Below are positions 7,822-17,266 of a stretch of DNA of 64,000 nucleotides, piece by piece. This DNA comes from a bacterium (lineage in GTDB: Bacteria; Patescibacteriota; Patescibacteriia; SBBB01). Numbering within the stretch: the first letter of the stretch is position 1; every line of letters starts with the position of its first letter. The DNA is taken from contig SBBB01000022.1 of NCBI GenBank assembly GCA_005239895.1, forward strand, positions 4,098 to 68,097. Reading direction: 5' to 3'. The position numbers and the translations under genes were made by a program. The notes under the pieces are model-generated. The model ran no database searches and had not been told where the DNA came from. It saw only the letters and a program-made list of their open reading frames with translations.

Positions 7822-8640
7822 CTACCATGCTTCCAGCAATTTAGATTGCCAAATATATATCACTTTACCTAAACCAAATAAATTATAATTTAAAACCGTG
7901 GAACTGCCATAAACTATATAAACTCCACCCAAAAAAATTAAAATTAATCCTGAAAATAATCTTATATTTTTGAAAACGCGAATATTATAATTCGGAAAAA
8001 AGAAAAGCAGTATTAAAAATGGAGTGAATACTCCCAAAACATATAATAGAATCAAAAGCGCTGAATAAATATAATTATCAGAATTAGAAGCCATAAATAA
8101 AATACTAAACAAAACCGGCCCCACGCAAGGATTAAAACCTGCCGCAAAAAATAACCCAAACCATACATTCAGGGTTGGATGATTTTTTAAAAAATTAGAC
8201 CAAGTAACCGGCAATTTAAATCGATCTAATAATAAAATAATTCCCAGCAACAATATCGCGACCCCCGAAAACAATACAATGTAGCTTTTATTAATAATTA
8301 GTAATTGACCAAAAAAAGTAACACTAAAACCTAGTAGTAAAAAAATTATAAAAAATCCTCCAGCGAAAAATAATATATTTTTTAAACGTTCCTTTTTGCT
8401 TTGGGTTTTTAAAGATATTCCTGTCACTGCCAAACCAATGGGAAGCATGCAAGGACTAAAAAACGACAACAAACCGCCCAAAAATGCCACCAACAAAGAA
8501 ATATTGCGTATATTGGCAACACTGTTCTTTACAGCTGAATCTAAAAGCTCTTCACTTACAGGCGGTACAAAATAATAAACACCTATAAATAGTATTACAA
8601 CTAACAAAAAACTTATAATGTTAATAACTCTGGTCAACAT
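7822..8640 (-). CDS. ccdA: CcdA/DsbD-family thiol-disulfide transmembrane electron transporter
   Basis: Polytopic protein; conserved cysteines in TM helices (FSPCMLP, FNPCVGP). Confidence 0.65.
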   Translation of the reverse strand: MLTRVINIISFLLVVILFIGVYYFVPPVSEELLDSAVKNSVANIRNISLLVAFLGGLLSFFSPCMLPIGLAVTGISLKTQSKKERLKNILFFAGGFFIIFLLLGFSVTFFGQLLIINKSYIVLFSGVAILLLGIILLLDRFKLPVTWSNFLKNHPTLNVWFGLFFAAGFNPCVGPVLFSILFMASNSDNYIYSALLILLYVLGVFTPFLILLFFFPNYNIRVFKNIRLFSGLILIFLGGVYIVYGSSTVLNYNLFGLGKVIYIWQSKLLEAW

Positions 8641-8713
8641 AGAAATCTAAAAACAAATATAGTATACTTTGATTATATTAAAAACAATTTAAAATACCAA
8701 ATTATAAATATTA

Positions 8714-9511
8714 ATGAATTCACTTATGCATCTACTAATGAATCGTGTTATTTTAACTGGTTTATTATTATTAAACATATTATTAGTTTTCTTCTCTCCG
8801 CAGGCGGGATTAGAAACCTTATATCAATTTATAATCGTATTGGGAGCAATTTTAATTTGTGAAACTACAATTCATTTTTTAAAAGGCTATCATTTAATAT
8901 TATATAGTAGTAGTAATGGATTTATTTCAGCTATGATAATCAGCTTACTATTGCCACCACGCCAAGTACCTGTACTAGCCTTGATATTAATTGGAGTAAT
9001 CACAAGTTTATCATCCGAATTTATACGTCATCAAAACCGACCGATTTTTAATCCTACAGCCTTGGCTTTAATTATAACTTCTTTTATATATTCATCTTTA
9101 GCCTATATTTGGTCCCCTAACGCTTTTCTTGCCCCAACTGTTTTATTATCTATAATTGTAATCACACTTAGTAATAGGTGGCATTTAGTCGCTGGATTCT
9201 GCGCGCCTCTACTTATTGCAGGACTAGTAAATATATTTCAATCTAATAATTATAGTACTTTTAATTTGTTAGTTGGGGCTATATTTTTTATGGGCATTAT
9301 GTTAATTGAACCTAGGTCATCACCCTTAAATACGCACGGACAAGTTTTTTTTGGTATTATAATCGGACTATCCTATTTATTTTTAAATTCCGAACAATTA
9401 AAAAATCCACTACTACTAGCTTTATTAATAGGTAATATTGCTGTTCCCCTTCTTAATAACCTATTTATTCAACATAATCATCAAAATCCAGTCCCCGACT
9501 TAGTAAAATAA
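8714..9511 (+). CDS. polytopic membrane protein (265 aa), function unknown
   Basis: Hydrophobic throughout. Confidence 0.45.
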   Translation: MNSLMHLLMNRVILTGLLLLNILLVFFSPQAGLETLYQFIIVLGAILICETTIHFLKGYHLILYSSSNGFISAMIISLLLPPRQVPVLALILIGVITSLSSEFIRHQNRPIFNPTALALIITSFIYSSLAYIWSPNAFLAPTVLLSIIVITLSNRWHLVAGFCAPLLIAGLVNIFQSNNYSTFNLLVGAIFFMGIMLIEPRSSPLNTHGQVFFGIIIGLSYLFLNSEQLKNPLLLALLIGNIAVPLLNNLFIQHNHQNPVPDLVK

Positions 9512-9516
9512 ATAAA

Positions 9517-9552
9517 TGTAAGAAACTGGCGCGATCGCGATGGTTTCTTACA
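9517..9552 (+). terminator. Hairpin TGTAAGAAAC-N16-GTTTCTTACA immediately after the stop of 8714-9511
   Basis: 10-bp perfect stem; the loop contains CGCGATCGCG; followed by TTTG. Confidence 0.4.
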
Positions 9553-9579
9553 TTTGTACTATACAATACAGCAATAATT

Positions 9580-9617
9580 AATGTTTAGGAGTTGAACTCC
9601 TAAACATTGGTTTTTTA
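9580..9617 (+). terminator. Rho-independent terminator AATGTTTAGGAGTT-GAACTCCTAAACATT plus GGTTTTTT (member of a palindrome family)
   Basis: 14-bp perfect stem plus a T-run. A near-identical hairpin lies at 51464-51491. Confidence 0.65.
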
Positions 9618-9685
9618 AAAATAAATCCATATATTTCAACATTTATGAAGTATTATGACTTGAATTTAGTATAAAATACCAGTAC

Positions 9686-9817
9686 TTGACCCTGTTAGAA
9701 ATCGCGATCGCTACAAAATATACGCAAAGACCTGTATACTCAACAAAGGAGTCGTTATAAAGAAAATTTAACTCTGTTTAATACCTAGATCGCGACCTGT
9801 TTCTAACGGGGTTGACC
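9686..9817. mobile_element. MITE-like repeat, copy E1 (TTGACC-CTGTTAGAAATCGCGATCGC ... GATCGCGACCTGTTTCTAACGGGG-TTGACC)
   Basis: ~25-bp imperfect terminal inverted repeats with direct TTGAC at both ends; related copies at 20535, 35483, 51517 and 57059. Confidence 0.55.
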
Positions 9818-9841
9818 ATACATATATTTTCATGATAAAAT
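9812..9841 (+). promoter_or_regulatory. Outward promoter formed by the E1 right end: TTGACC-18-TGaTAAAAT
   Basis: The -35 hexamer lies inside the repeat terminus, with an extended -10 downstream; it would drive the MBL hydrolase gene at 9957. Confidence 0.4.
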
Positions 9842-9956
9842 ACATGATGTTAATTTAACATTTTAATCAACAATTTAGGCCATTCTGGATTGCAAATTTT
9901 AGACAAAATCTAGGATTTATAATCTACAATGTTTCACTAATCTAATTATACACATT

Positions 9957-10625
9957 ATGCATATAACCTGGTTTGGACAAGCGTGTTTTAAAATTCAAAC
10001 CACTATTAAAGACCAAGAAGTAACTATAATTACAGACCCCTACTCTAAAGAGCTGGGTTTAAAATTGCCCAGAATCTTATCAGCCGATATTGTAACTGTC
10101 AGTCACCAGCATTATGATCACAATAATGTAGATTTAATAGGAAAAAGTAAACAAGAACCGTTTATTATAAATCATGTCGGAGAATATGAAGTAAAATCTG
10201 TTTATATACAAGGTATATCTACTTATCATGATAAATCTAAAGGAGCAGAAAGAGGAATGAATACAGTTTATAAAATGTATTTGGAGCATAATATAGTACT
10301 AGCGCATTTGGGTGATATTGGTCATGTATTAACGACCGAACAATTAGACGAACTGAATGGTGTTCATATTCTCTTAATACCCGTGGGTGGAGTATATACT
10401 ATAGATAGCGCTGATGCTCAAAAAATAATTTCTGAAATTGAACCTAAAATAGTTATACCCATGCACTACGATCTACCCGGCTTAAAAGTTGACTTGGATC
10501 CCGTAGAAAAATTTTTACACGCCCTAGGAATTAAAGAGCACGAACCCCAAACTAAACTAAAGATTAGTAAGAAAGATTTAGAGAAAGAAGGAACCCAGAC
10601 GATAGTTCTAACCCCGAGTTCTTAA
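9957..10625 (+). CDS. MBL-fold metal-dependent hydrolase (UPF0173 family)
   Basis: HQHYDH metal-binding motif and an MBL-fold pattern. Confidence 0.65.
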   Translation: MHITWFGQACFKIQTTIKDQEVTIITDPYSKELGLKLPRILSADIVTVSHQHYDHNNVDLIGKSKQEPFIINHVGEYEVKSVYIQGISTYHDKSKGAERGMNTVYKMYLEHNIVLAHLGDIGHVLTTEQLDELNGVHILLIPVGGVYTIDSADAQKIISEIEPKIVIPMHYDLPGLKVDLDPVEKFLHALGIKEHEPQTKLKISKKDLEKEGTQTIVLTPSS

Positions 10626-10630
10626 AATTT

Positions 10631-11014
10631 ATGTCCGGTTTTTCAAAAATATTTCGACGCGAAATAGGAAATCTAAAATGGGACTTAAAACGCCTAAGAA
10701 AATATCCTGAAAAAACCAAACGTAAAATAGTAGCTTACGGAGTTGGAATAATTAGTTTACTGTTATTAACAATCTTGATGACCTTATCTAAATATGCAAT
10801 AACCACCACAACACCAGATAAAAACACGAATCCGAGCCCTGAAATGGAGAATCTTCAAACCAAGTTGTTGGACTTACAACAAACCATAGAAAAACATTTT
10901 GACAGTTTAAAAGAAGTCCGAAATCGTTACAAAACTTTAACGCCTGAACAAATAAAAATTATTGAGTCTAAGCTTAAATCAACAACAACTATTGAATATG
11001 ACCGAACAAAATAA
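10631..11014 (+). CDS. hypothetical membrane-anchored coiled-coil protein (127 aa)
   Basis: One TM helix followed by a coiled-coil-like C-terminus. Confidence 0.35.
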   Translation: MSGFSKIFRREIGNLKWDLKRLRKYPEKTKRKIVAYGVGIISLLLLTILMTLSKYAITTTTPDKNTNPSPEMENLQTKLLDLQQTIEKHFDSLKEVRNRYKTLTPEQIKIIESKLKSTTTIEYDRTK

Positions 11015-13466
11015 AAATATATTTGATATAGGAAAAGTAGAAAATAAAAATATCGTTACGGAAATGCAGGAATCCTACTTAGATTACGCCATGTCAGTTA
11101 TCGTTGCCAGGGCTTTACCTGACGTACGCGATGGACTAAAACCCGTTCATCGACGCATACTCTACGCTATGTGGCAATTAGGTTTAAAATCCAATAGCAA
11201 ATATCGCAAATCAGCCATGGTGGTTGGTGAAGTTTTAGGTAAATATCATCCCCATGGAGATGTCGCAGTCTACGATTCCATGGTGCGTATGGCTCAAGAT
11301 TTTTCACTGCGCTACACTTTAATTAATGGACAAGGCAACTTTGGTTCGGTGGATGGAGATAATGCAGCTGCTATGCGTTACACGGAAAGCAAACTGCAAG
11401 CTTTAGCCGAAGAGTTATTATTTGATTTAGATAAAGAAACCGTACGTTTTGTAGATAACTACGACTCCAGCACCACGGAACCATCCGTATTACCAGCTAA
11501 AATACCCAATCTTTTAATAAATGGCGGCATGGGAATCGCGGTTGGTATGGCAACCAATATTCCCCCTCATAATTTAGGAGAAACCATTGATGCAACTCTA
11601 TGCTTAATTGATAATCCGGAAGCAACCATCGAAGATCTAATGTGTTTTATTAAAGGTCCTGATTTACCAACGGGTGGTATTATTTTTGATAAAGCTGAAA
11701 TTCAAAACACTTATACTACGGGACATGGAAGTATTATCACGCGCGGTGTGGCGGAAATCGTGGAAGAAAAAAATGGTCATCAAATAATTATTTCCGAGTT
11801 TCCTTATCAAGTAAATAAATCTGAAGTTATTATAAATATAGCCAACTTGGTTAGAGATAAACAAATTGAGGGTATCAAGGATATCCGAGACGAATCCAAC
11901 AAAGACGGAATACGAGTAGTCATAGAACTCAAAAGAGATTCTTTTCCCAATAAAATTTTAAATCAATTATACAAATTCACAGCTCTTCAAAACACTATTC
12001 ATGTAAACTTACTGGCCCTAGTAGATGGCATCCAGCCTAAAGTTTTAAGCTTAAAAAGTATTCTGGAAGAATATATTAAACACCGCCAAACAGTTGTGAG
12101 AGCTAGAACGCAATTTGAGTTAAAAGAAGCTCAAGCCAGGGTGCATATTTTACTAGGTCTTAAAATCGCTCTGGATAATATAGATGCAATTATTAAACTC
12201 ATTAAATCTTCCGCGGATCGCAATGACGCTCGTGAAAATTTAATGAAAAAGTACAAACTAAGTGAAATTCAATCCAATGCGATTTTAGACATGCGTTTTG
12301 GACAATTAGCCAAACTACAAAGATTTGAAATTGAAAATGAACTAAAAGAAAAACAATTGTTAATCAAGCATCTACAAGAAATACTATCTTCCCCTAAAAA
12401 ATTAATGGGAATTATTAAAGCCGAACTAAATCATATTAAAGAAAAGTACGCAGATGAGCGTCGCACTAAAATTGTGCCCACTAAACTTACAGATTTTAAT
12501 CAAGAAGATATTATCCCTGATGAACCCACGGTAGTTGTCATCACTAAAGATGGTTATATAAAGCGACTATCACCAGACATATTCAAGGCGCAAACTAGGG
12601 GTGGCAAAGGTGTTATTGGCATAGAAACTAAGGCTGAAGATGTGGTGGATCAATTCTTGTCAGCCACTACTCATAATGACTTACTCTGTTTCACAACCCG
12701 CGGACGGGTGTTTAAAATTAAAGTTTACGAAGTATCCCTAACCTCACGCACAGCCAAGGGTCAAGCCTTGGTGAACTTCTTAAACTTACAAGAAAATGAA
12801 AAGGTTAGCGTAACTTTACCCTTAACCAAAACTCATAAGAGTGATGCTCAATATTTAGTCATGATCACCAAACGAGGTGTGATTAAAAAAGTAGCTATTA
12901 AATTTTTTGAAAATGTTCGCAAGTCTGGACTAACAGCTATAAAATTAAAACCTGATGATTGTTTAGAGTGGGTTAAACCATCTAGCGGCAAAGACCAAAT
13001 TATGCTCGTTACTACTTTAGGTAAAAGTATAAGATTTAAAGAAAGCAATGTGCGTGAAATGGGACGTGTAGCTGGTGGTGTGCGCGGCATTAGATTAGCT
13101 CCTAAAGATGAAATTGTAAGCATGGATATTGTGAGTGATGCCGTAAAACAAAAAAAGGAACTGCTAGTAATTACAACCCTGGGTTTTGGAAAAAGAACGG
13201 ATCTAAATCAATATCGCATTCAAGCCCGGGGTGGCTCAGGTATAAAAACCGCAAAAATTACACCGAAAATAGGTAAAATCATAAAAGCTTTTGTGGTTGA
13301 CTCGGAATTAAGTGAGTCTTTGGATTTAATTATTATTTCTCAAAATGGACAGGTTATTCGCTTACACTACAAAGAAGTAAATAAATTAGGACGAACCACC
13401 CAGGGAGTCAGAGTAATGAGATTCAAACAAAATGATGATTTAGTTGCTTCTATAGCGCTAGTTTAG
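10998..13466 (+). CDS. gyrA: DNA gyrase subunit A
   Basis: [29 protein letters not shown] and the rest of the GyrA N-terminal domain, plus a beta-pinwheel C-terminal domain. Start taken at MTEQNK; the ORF track begins at 10962. Confidence 0.85.
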   Translation: MTEQNKNIFDIGKVENKNIVTEMQESYLDYAMSVIVARALPDVRDGLKPVHRRILYAMWQLGLKSNSKYRKSAMVVGEVLGKYHPHGDVAVYDSMVRMAQDFSLRYTLINGQGNFGSVDGDNAAAMRYTESKLQALAEELLFDLDKETVRFVDNYDSSTTEPSVLPAKIPNLLINGGMGIAVGMATNIPPHNLGETIDATLCLIDNPEATIEDLMCFIKGPDLPTGGIIFDKAEIQNTYTTGHGSIITRGVAEIVEEKNGHQIIISEFPYQVNKSEVIINIANLVRDKQIEGIKDIRDESNKDGIRVVIELKRDSFPNKILNQLYKFTALQNTIHVNLLALVDGIQPKVLSLKSILEEYIKHRQTVVRARTQFELKEAQARVHILLGLKIALDNIDAIIKLIKSSADRNDARENLMKKYKLSEIQSNAILDMRFGQLAKLQRFEIENELKEKQLLIKHLQEILSSPKKLMGIIKAELNHIKEKYADERRTKIVPTKLTDFNQEDIIPDEPTVVVITKDGYIKRLSPDIFKAQTRGGKGVIGIETKAEDVVDQFLSATTHNDLLCFTTRGRVFKIKVYEVSLTSRTAKGQALVNFLNLQENEKVSVTLPLTKTHKSDAQYLVMITKRGVIKKVAIKFFENVRKSGLTAIKLKPDDCLEWVKPSSGKDQIMLVTTLGKSIRFKESNVREMGRVAGGVRGIRLAPKDEIVSMDIVSDAVKQKKELLVITTLGFGKRTDLNQYRIQARGGSGIKTAKITPKIGKIIKAFVVDSELSESLDLIIISQNGQVIRLHYKEVNKLGRTTQGVRVMRFKQNDDLVASIALV

Positions 13467-13529
13467 ATTATAGATTAGAATTAATTTGTACTATAAATAA
13501 CAACCAATAAATTAAAATAATTTTTAATT

Positions 13530-13640
13530 ATGGAAAAAACTGAACAAGGTAAAAAATTTCAACCAGGTGAAGCATTTATTTACGGTGCGATTATTGGACT
13601 AATCATTGGGGTATTTTTTGGCATGGGTCTTATTCATTAA
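13530..13640 (+). CDS. possible small hydrophobic peptide (36 aa)
   Basis: ATG...TAA ORF encoding one TM helix (GAIIGLIIGVFFGMGLIH). A degenerate second copy follows at ~13672-13731. No clear SD. Confidence 0.2.
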   Translation: MEKTEQGKKFQPGEAFIYGAIIGLIIGVFFGMGLIH

Positions 13641-13840
13641 ATTATTTTATAAAAAAACTCTAGAAAATTTGGCTAGTGGTTTCGTTGGTGGTTTAGTTTT
13701 TGGTTTAATTGTTGGATTTTTAGGGTAGTTTGGTTTTGTTGTAATTGTTTTATATTTTGCATAATTGTTTGTTTTTTAATTCCATTTCTTGTAATAAATC
13801 CTGTTTTATACTTAACCCCATAATCTGGACAGTTTTGGCA

Positions 13841-13893
13841 CTACTTAGTAACACTACTTAGTAACACTACTTAGTAACACTACTTAGTGGCAA
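13841..13893. repeat. 13-mer tandem repeat (CACTACTTAGTAA) x ~4
   Basis: Direct tandem copies visible in the sequence. Confidence 0.8.
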
Positions 13894-13922
13894 GGCGACC
13901 AAGTTTAACAAACTATCCCCTG

Positions 13923-13952
13923 TTGACTTTTATAGCAATAAAATGGTATAAT
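13923..13952 (+). promoter_or_regulatory. Putative promoter TTGACT-18-TATAAT upstream of rplU
   Basis: Near-consensus hexamers ~30 nt upstream of rplU. Confidence 0.45.
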
Positions 13953-13980
13953 TAGTCTATTATTTTTATAACTTATTTAT

Positions 13981-14298
13981 ATGCACATTGCAATCATCAA
14001 AACCGGAGGGAAACAATATATTGTAAAAGAAAAAGATTTGCTTAAAATTGAAAAAATTGATGGTTTGGTTGGCGATCAAACAAAGTTTGATCAAGTATTA
14101 TTTACCGGAGACACTGATGGTAATCAAGCAAACATCGGCTATCCATATCTTCCTAAGTCATCTGTCACAGGCACAATCACCGAGCAAAAAAAAGATAAAA
14201 AAGTATCCATCATTAAATTTAAATCCAAAGTTAGATACAAAAGAAAAACTGGTCACAGACAACCTGTAACCGTAGTTCAAATCACAAACTTAAAATAA
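13981..14298 (+). CDS. rplU: 50S ribosomal protein L21
   Basis: MHIAIIKTGGKQYIVKEKDLLKIEK... typical bL21. Confidence 0.85.
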   Translation: MHIAIIKTGGKQYIVKEKDLLKIEKIDGLVGDQTKFDQVLFTGDTDGNQANIGYPYLPKSSVTGTITEQKKDKKVSIIKFKSKVRYKRKTGHRQPVTVVQITNLK

Positions 14299-14307
14299 AC
14301 AGGAAAT

Positions 14308-14778
14308 ATGCCTGTTCCTAAAAAAATATTAACCTTCTTAGACAAAAATCTAGTTAAATATACTATTTTAGATCATAAACTAGTATATACAGCTTTTGAT
14401 TTATCACAAACTTTAAAAGTTTCACCCCAACAAATCTCTAAAACTATTGTTATAAAAACTGATAAAGAATATATTTTAGCTGTTTTATCAGCCGCGCATT
14501 ATATAAACCTAGCCAAACTTACAAAAATACTAAAAATTAAACGGCTAGCGATTGTAAATGAAAAAACAGTAAGTAAAATCTTTAAAATTAAACCCGGAAC
14601 TATAACACCCTTTGGGAAACTATACAAAATCAAAGTATATTTAGACAAAACCCTATTAAAATCAAAAAATATAATTACTCAATCCGGAAGCCTAAAAAAT
14701 TCTATAAATTTTAAACCAAAAGACTTTCTAAAAATAACCAATGGAGAAATGTGCGATTTTTCATCCAAAAAACGCTAG
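14308..14778 (+). CDS. YbaK/ProX-like deacylase domain protein (second paralog)
   Basis: 156 aa; similarity to YbaK-type editing domains (..PGTITPFG..). Confidence 0.5.
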   Translation: MPVPKKILTFLDKNLVKYTILDHKLVYTAFDLSQTLKVSPQQISKTIVIKTDKEYILAVLSAAHYINLAKLTKILKIKRLAIVNEKTVSKIFKIKPGTITPFGKLYKIKVYLDKTLLKSKNIITQSGSLKNSINFKPKDFLKITNGEMCDFSSKKR

Positions 14779-14836
14779 TATTCAAACAATTTAAAACATT
14801 TGGCATTGAGACCTGAATAATAATTAGGAAATAAAT

Positions 14837-15583
14837 ATGAAAAATCTCTCAACTTTAAACGTAAACACATTGAGTAATACAACCTTTCAAACTAGCCTAC
14901 CAAGTTTCACAGGCCCACTGGATTTACTTTTAAATTTAATTTCTAGTGAAAAACTAGATATTAATACAGTTTCTTTAGCCAAAATCACTGACCAATACTT
15001 AAATTATATCTCTACAACCAATATTTCCCCTGATGAAACTAGTGATTTTCTATTAATCGCTAGCAAACTAATCTTAATTAAAGCTAAAACTTTATTGCCA
15101 ACAATGAATAACGACCTCAACCAAGAAGATGAAATAAATCTAGAACAACAACTTAAAATCTACAAGGAATATTTGAAGGCTATGGATTATATAAAAACCT
15201 TAATATCTAAACAACAAATCGGCTTTGCTAAAGAAAAAATGTATATTCCACTTGAAAATAAAGTTTATCCTGATCCCAATATTTCAAAATCACAATTAAA
15301 AACTATAATGGAAAATATTATAAGTAAAAGAGCTCTAACTATTATTAAACCTCAAGTGCTTGAAAATACTTATATTAGTTTAAGAGAAAGAATAAAACAA
15401 CTTAATGACATAGTGTGCAAAGAAATAAAAGTGTGTTTTTCAGCGCTTACTGTTAGTACGGCCTCTAAAATAGAAATTATTATAAATTTTTTAGCAATTT
15501 TAGAGTTATTTAAACGCAATGTAATAATTATAAATCAAAAAAATACTTTTGATGAAATTGAAATTGAGCACATGCCGAAATAA
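14837..15583 (+). CDS. scpA: segregation and condensation protein A
   Basis: FTGPLDLLLNLISSEKLDINTVSLAKITDQYLNYI matches the ScpA N-terminal signature. Confidence 0.75.
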   Translation: MKNLSTLNVNTLSNTTFQTSLPSFTGPLDLLLNLISSEKLDINTVSLAKITDQYLNYISTTNISPDETSDFLLIASKLILIKAKTLLPTMNNDLNQEDEINLEQQLKIYKEYLKAMDYIKTLISKQQIGFAKEKMYIPLENKVYPDPNISKSQLKTIMENIISKRALTIIKPQVLENTYISLRERIKQLNDIVCKEIKVCFSALTVSTASKIEIIINFLAILELFKRNVIIINQKNTFDEIEIEHMPK

Positions 15584-15621
15584 AAACTCGTACGCATAAT
15601 ATAAAGACAAATTTAAAACTC

Positions 15622-15650
15622 CGACTTGCATCGGAGTTTTAAATTATAGA
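15622..15650. terminator. Bidirectional hairpin AAAACTCCGA-cttgca-TCGGAGTTTT after scpA
   Basis: 10-bp perfect stem with A/T runs on both sides. Confidence 0.6.
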
Positions 15651-15675
15651 CTGAAATTCTATTTCAAGTATTGTT

Positions 15676-15732
15676 TTATCTTTTCTTTTTTGCTGTTTTT
15701 TTTGCTGTTTTTTTTGCTTTTTTGGCTGCCAT
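15676..15732 (-). CDS. candidate 18-aa Lys/Ala-rich peptide (MAAKKAKKTAKKTAKKKR) with strong SD
   Basis: AAGGGGGTGA lies 7 nt upstream of the ATG on the minus strand; in-frame TAA stop. Confidence 0.25.
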   Translation of the reverse strand: MAAKKAKKTAKKTAKKKR

Positions 15733-15905
15733 ATTTATTCACCCCCTTCTCTCGTCGTCCATCATAATAATGGATTCAGAAAATATCAATTAATGATATA
15801 CAAAAATTATTAAAAAATTTCTCTCAACTGTTTCCTAAAAATATTATAACACATAATTGCATTAAAAACTATAATTTAAAAAAAGTTATCCACAATTAAA
15901 ACGTG

Positions 15906-16418
15906 TCAAGATCTGGGAACAGATAAATTAATTTTGTTTTTTGAAAAAATTTTTATTCCTGACGCTCCGCACACTGCTAAGGCTAGAGCATCCGCGGCGT
16001 CGTCTGGCTTGGGAGTCTCTTTAAGTTTCAAAATCATCTTGATCATTTTCTGAATTTGATTTTTACTCGCCAAACCATACCCTGTAATGGATTGTTTGAC
16101 CTGCAATGGAGTAAGTTCTTTTAATAAAATATTATTTTGCTCAATCACAAGTAAAATTACACCAATGGCATGACTAACAATGATAGCGGTTTTCATATTT
16201 TTGAAGAAAAAAATTTTTTCTACGCAAATTAAATCCGGAGAAAATTTAGAAATCAATTCTTGCAGATCAGTATGTATTATTTTTAAACGTTTAGATAGCG
16301 CGAGTTTAGAGTCGGTTTTAATACAACCGTAAGTAATCATTTTTAGCTTAGATTGATCTTGGGATATAACACCATAACCAATTGTTTGGATTCCAGGATC
16401 AATGCCTAATATAATCAT
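15906..16418 (-). CDS. ruvC: Holliday junction resolvase RuvC
   Basis: MIILGIDPGIQTIGYGVI... with the RuvC catalytic Asp. Confidence 0.85.
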   Translation of the reverse strand: MIILGIDPGIQTIGYGVISQDQSKLKMITYGCIKTDSKLALSKRLKIIHTDLQELISKFSPDLICVEKIFFFKNMKTAIIVSHAIGVILLVIEQNNILLKELTPLQVKQSITGYGLASKNQIQKMIKMILKLKETPKPDDAADALALAVCGASGIKIFSKNKINLSVPRS

Positions 16419-17140
16419 AAATCTGTATTGGTATAATATTCTTGAACATCATCTAAAGCATCCAAAGCATTAAAAAATTTAGTAATAGATATTTTAGCAT
16501 CTTCTTTGTCACTGTAAATCACTGTTTCTTTGGGTGTATAAATTATAGACGATTCTTTTATAGTTAAACCTAATTTTACAAGTTTGTTTTGAACCTCAGC
16601 TAAATTATCTGGCAAAACTTGGATGGAAATTTCTTCTCCATCTACATTAAAGTCCTCTGCTCCAGCTTCAAGCAATTGATACTCAAAATCTTCTGATATT
16701 TTATCTGCTGCAATCGAGGCTTTAATTAAACCAACTTTCGTAAAATTCCAGGATACACTGTTGGGACCACCTAAACTGCCGCCATTTTTAGTAAAAACAT
16801 TTTTTATCTCACCAAAAACTCTATTGGGATTATCTACTAAAGCTTCAACCAACACTAAAATACCAAAAGGACCAAATCCTTCGTACATCACTTCTTCATA
16901 ATGCACGCCCTCTGCTCCACCCGAGCCCTTTAGAATTGCTTTTTCAATATTATCTTTAGGCATACTGTAAGATCGCGCCTTGTCTATGGCAAATCGTAAT
17001 TTAAAATTAGTGTCAGGATTAGGGTTGTTATTAACAGCCATAGTAATCTGCCGACTTAACTTAGTAAACAAATTACCACGCTTATTATCAGTAACCGACT
17101 TCTGTCTTTTGGTTGTTGCCCATTTAGAATGACCAGACAT
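16415..17140 (-). CDS. yebC: YebC/PmpR-family transcriptional regulator
   Basis: MSGHSKWATTKRQK... signature N-terminus. Confidence 0.9.
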   Translation of the reverse strand: MSGHSKWATTKRQKSVTDNKRGNLFTKLSRQITMAVNNNPNPDTNFKLRFAIDKARSYSMPKDNIEKAILKGSGGAEGVHYEEVMYEGFGPFGILVLVEALVDNPNRVFGEIKNVFTKNGGSLGGPNSVSWNFTKVGLIKASIAADKISEDFEYQLLEAGAEDFNVDGEEISIQVLPDNLAEVQNKLVKLGLTIKESSIIYTPKETVIYSDKEDAKISITKFFNALDALDDVQEYYTNTDL

Positions 17141-17149
17141 ACATAAGTT

Positions 17150-17215
17150 AGAAAGTTAGAAAGTTAAGAAGCTAAGAAGCTAATAAGCTAATAAGCTAAT
17201 AAGCTATTCAGCTAA
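17150..17215. repeat. Degenerate octamer array (AGTTAGAA/AGCTAAGA/AGCTAATA) x ~9 in the yebC-murD divergent region
   Basis: Direct tandem 8-mers visible in the sequence. Confidence 0.8.
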
Positions 17216-17266
17216 TTTTAGTATATTTTTGGCATCAAAATCAAGACTTGTTTTATATATCACGGT

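Noticed and set aside
17150-17215. Possible CRISPR array (short direct repeats here and at 35322-35470, 13841-13893)
   Set aside because: Units are only 7-13 bp and contiguous, with no spacers and no cas genes; these are simple tandem repeats.
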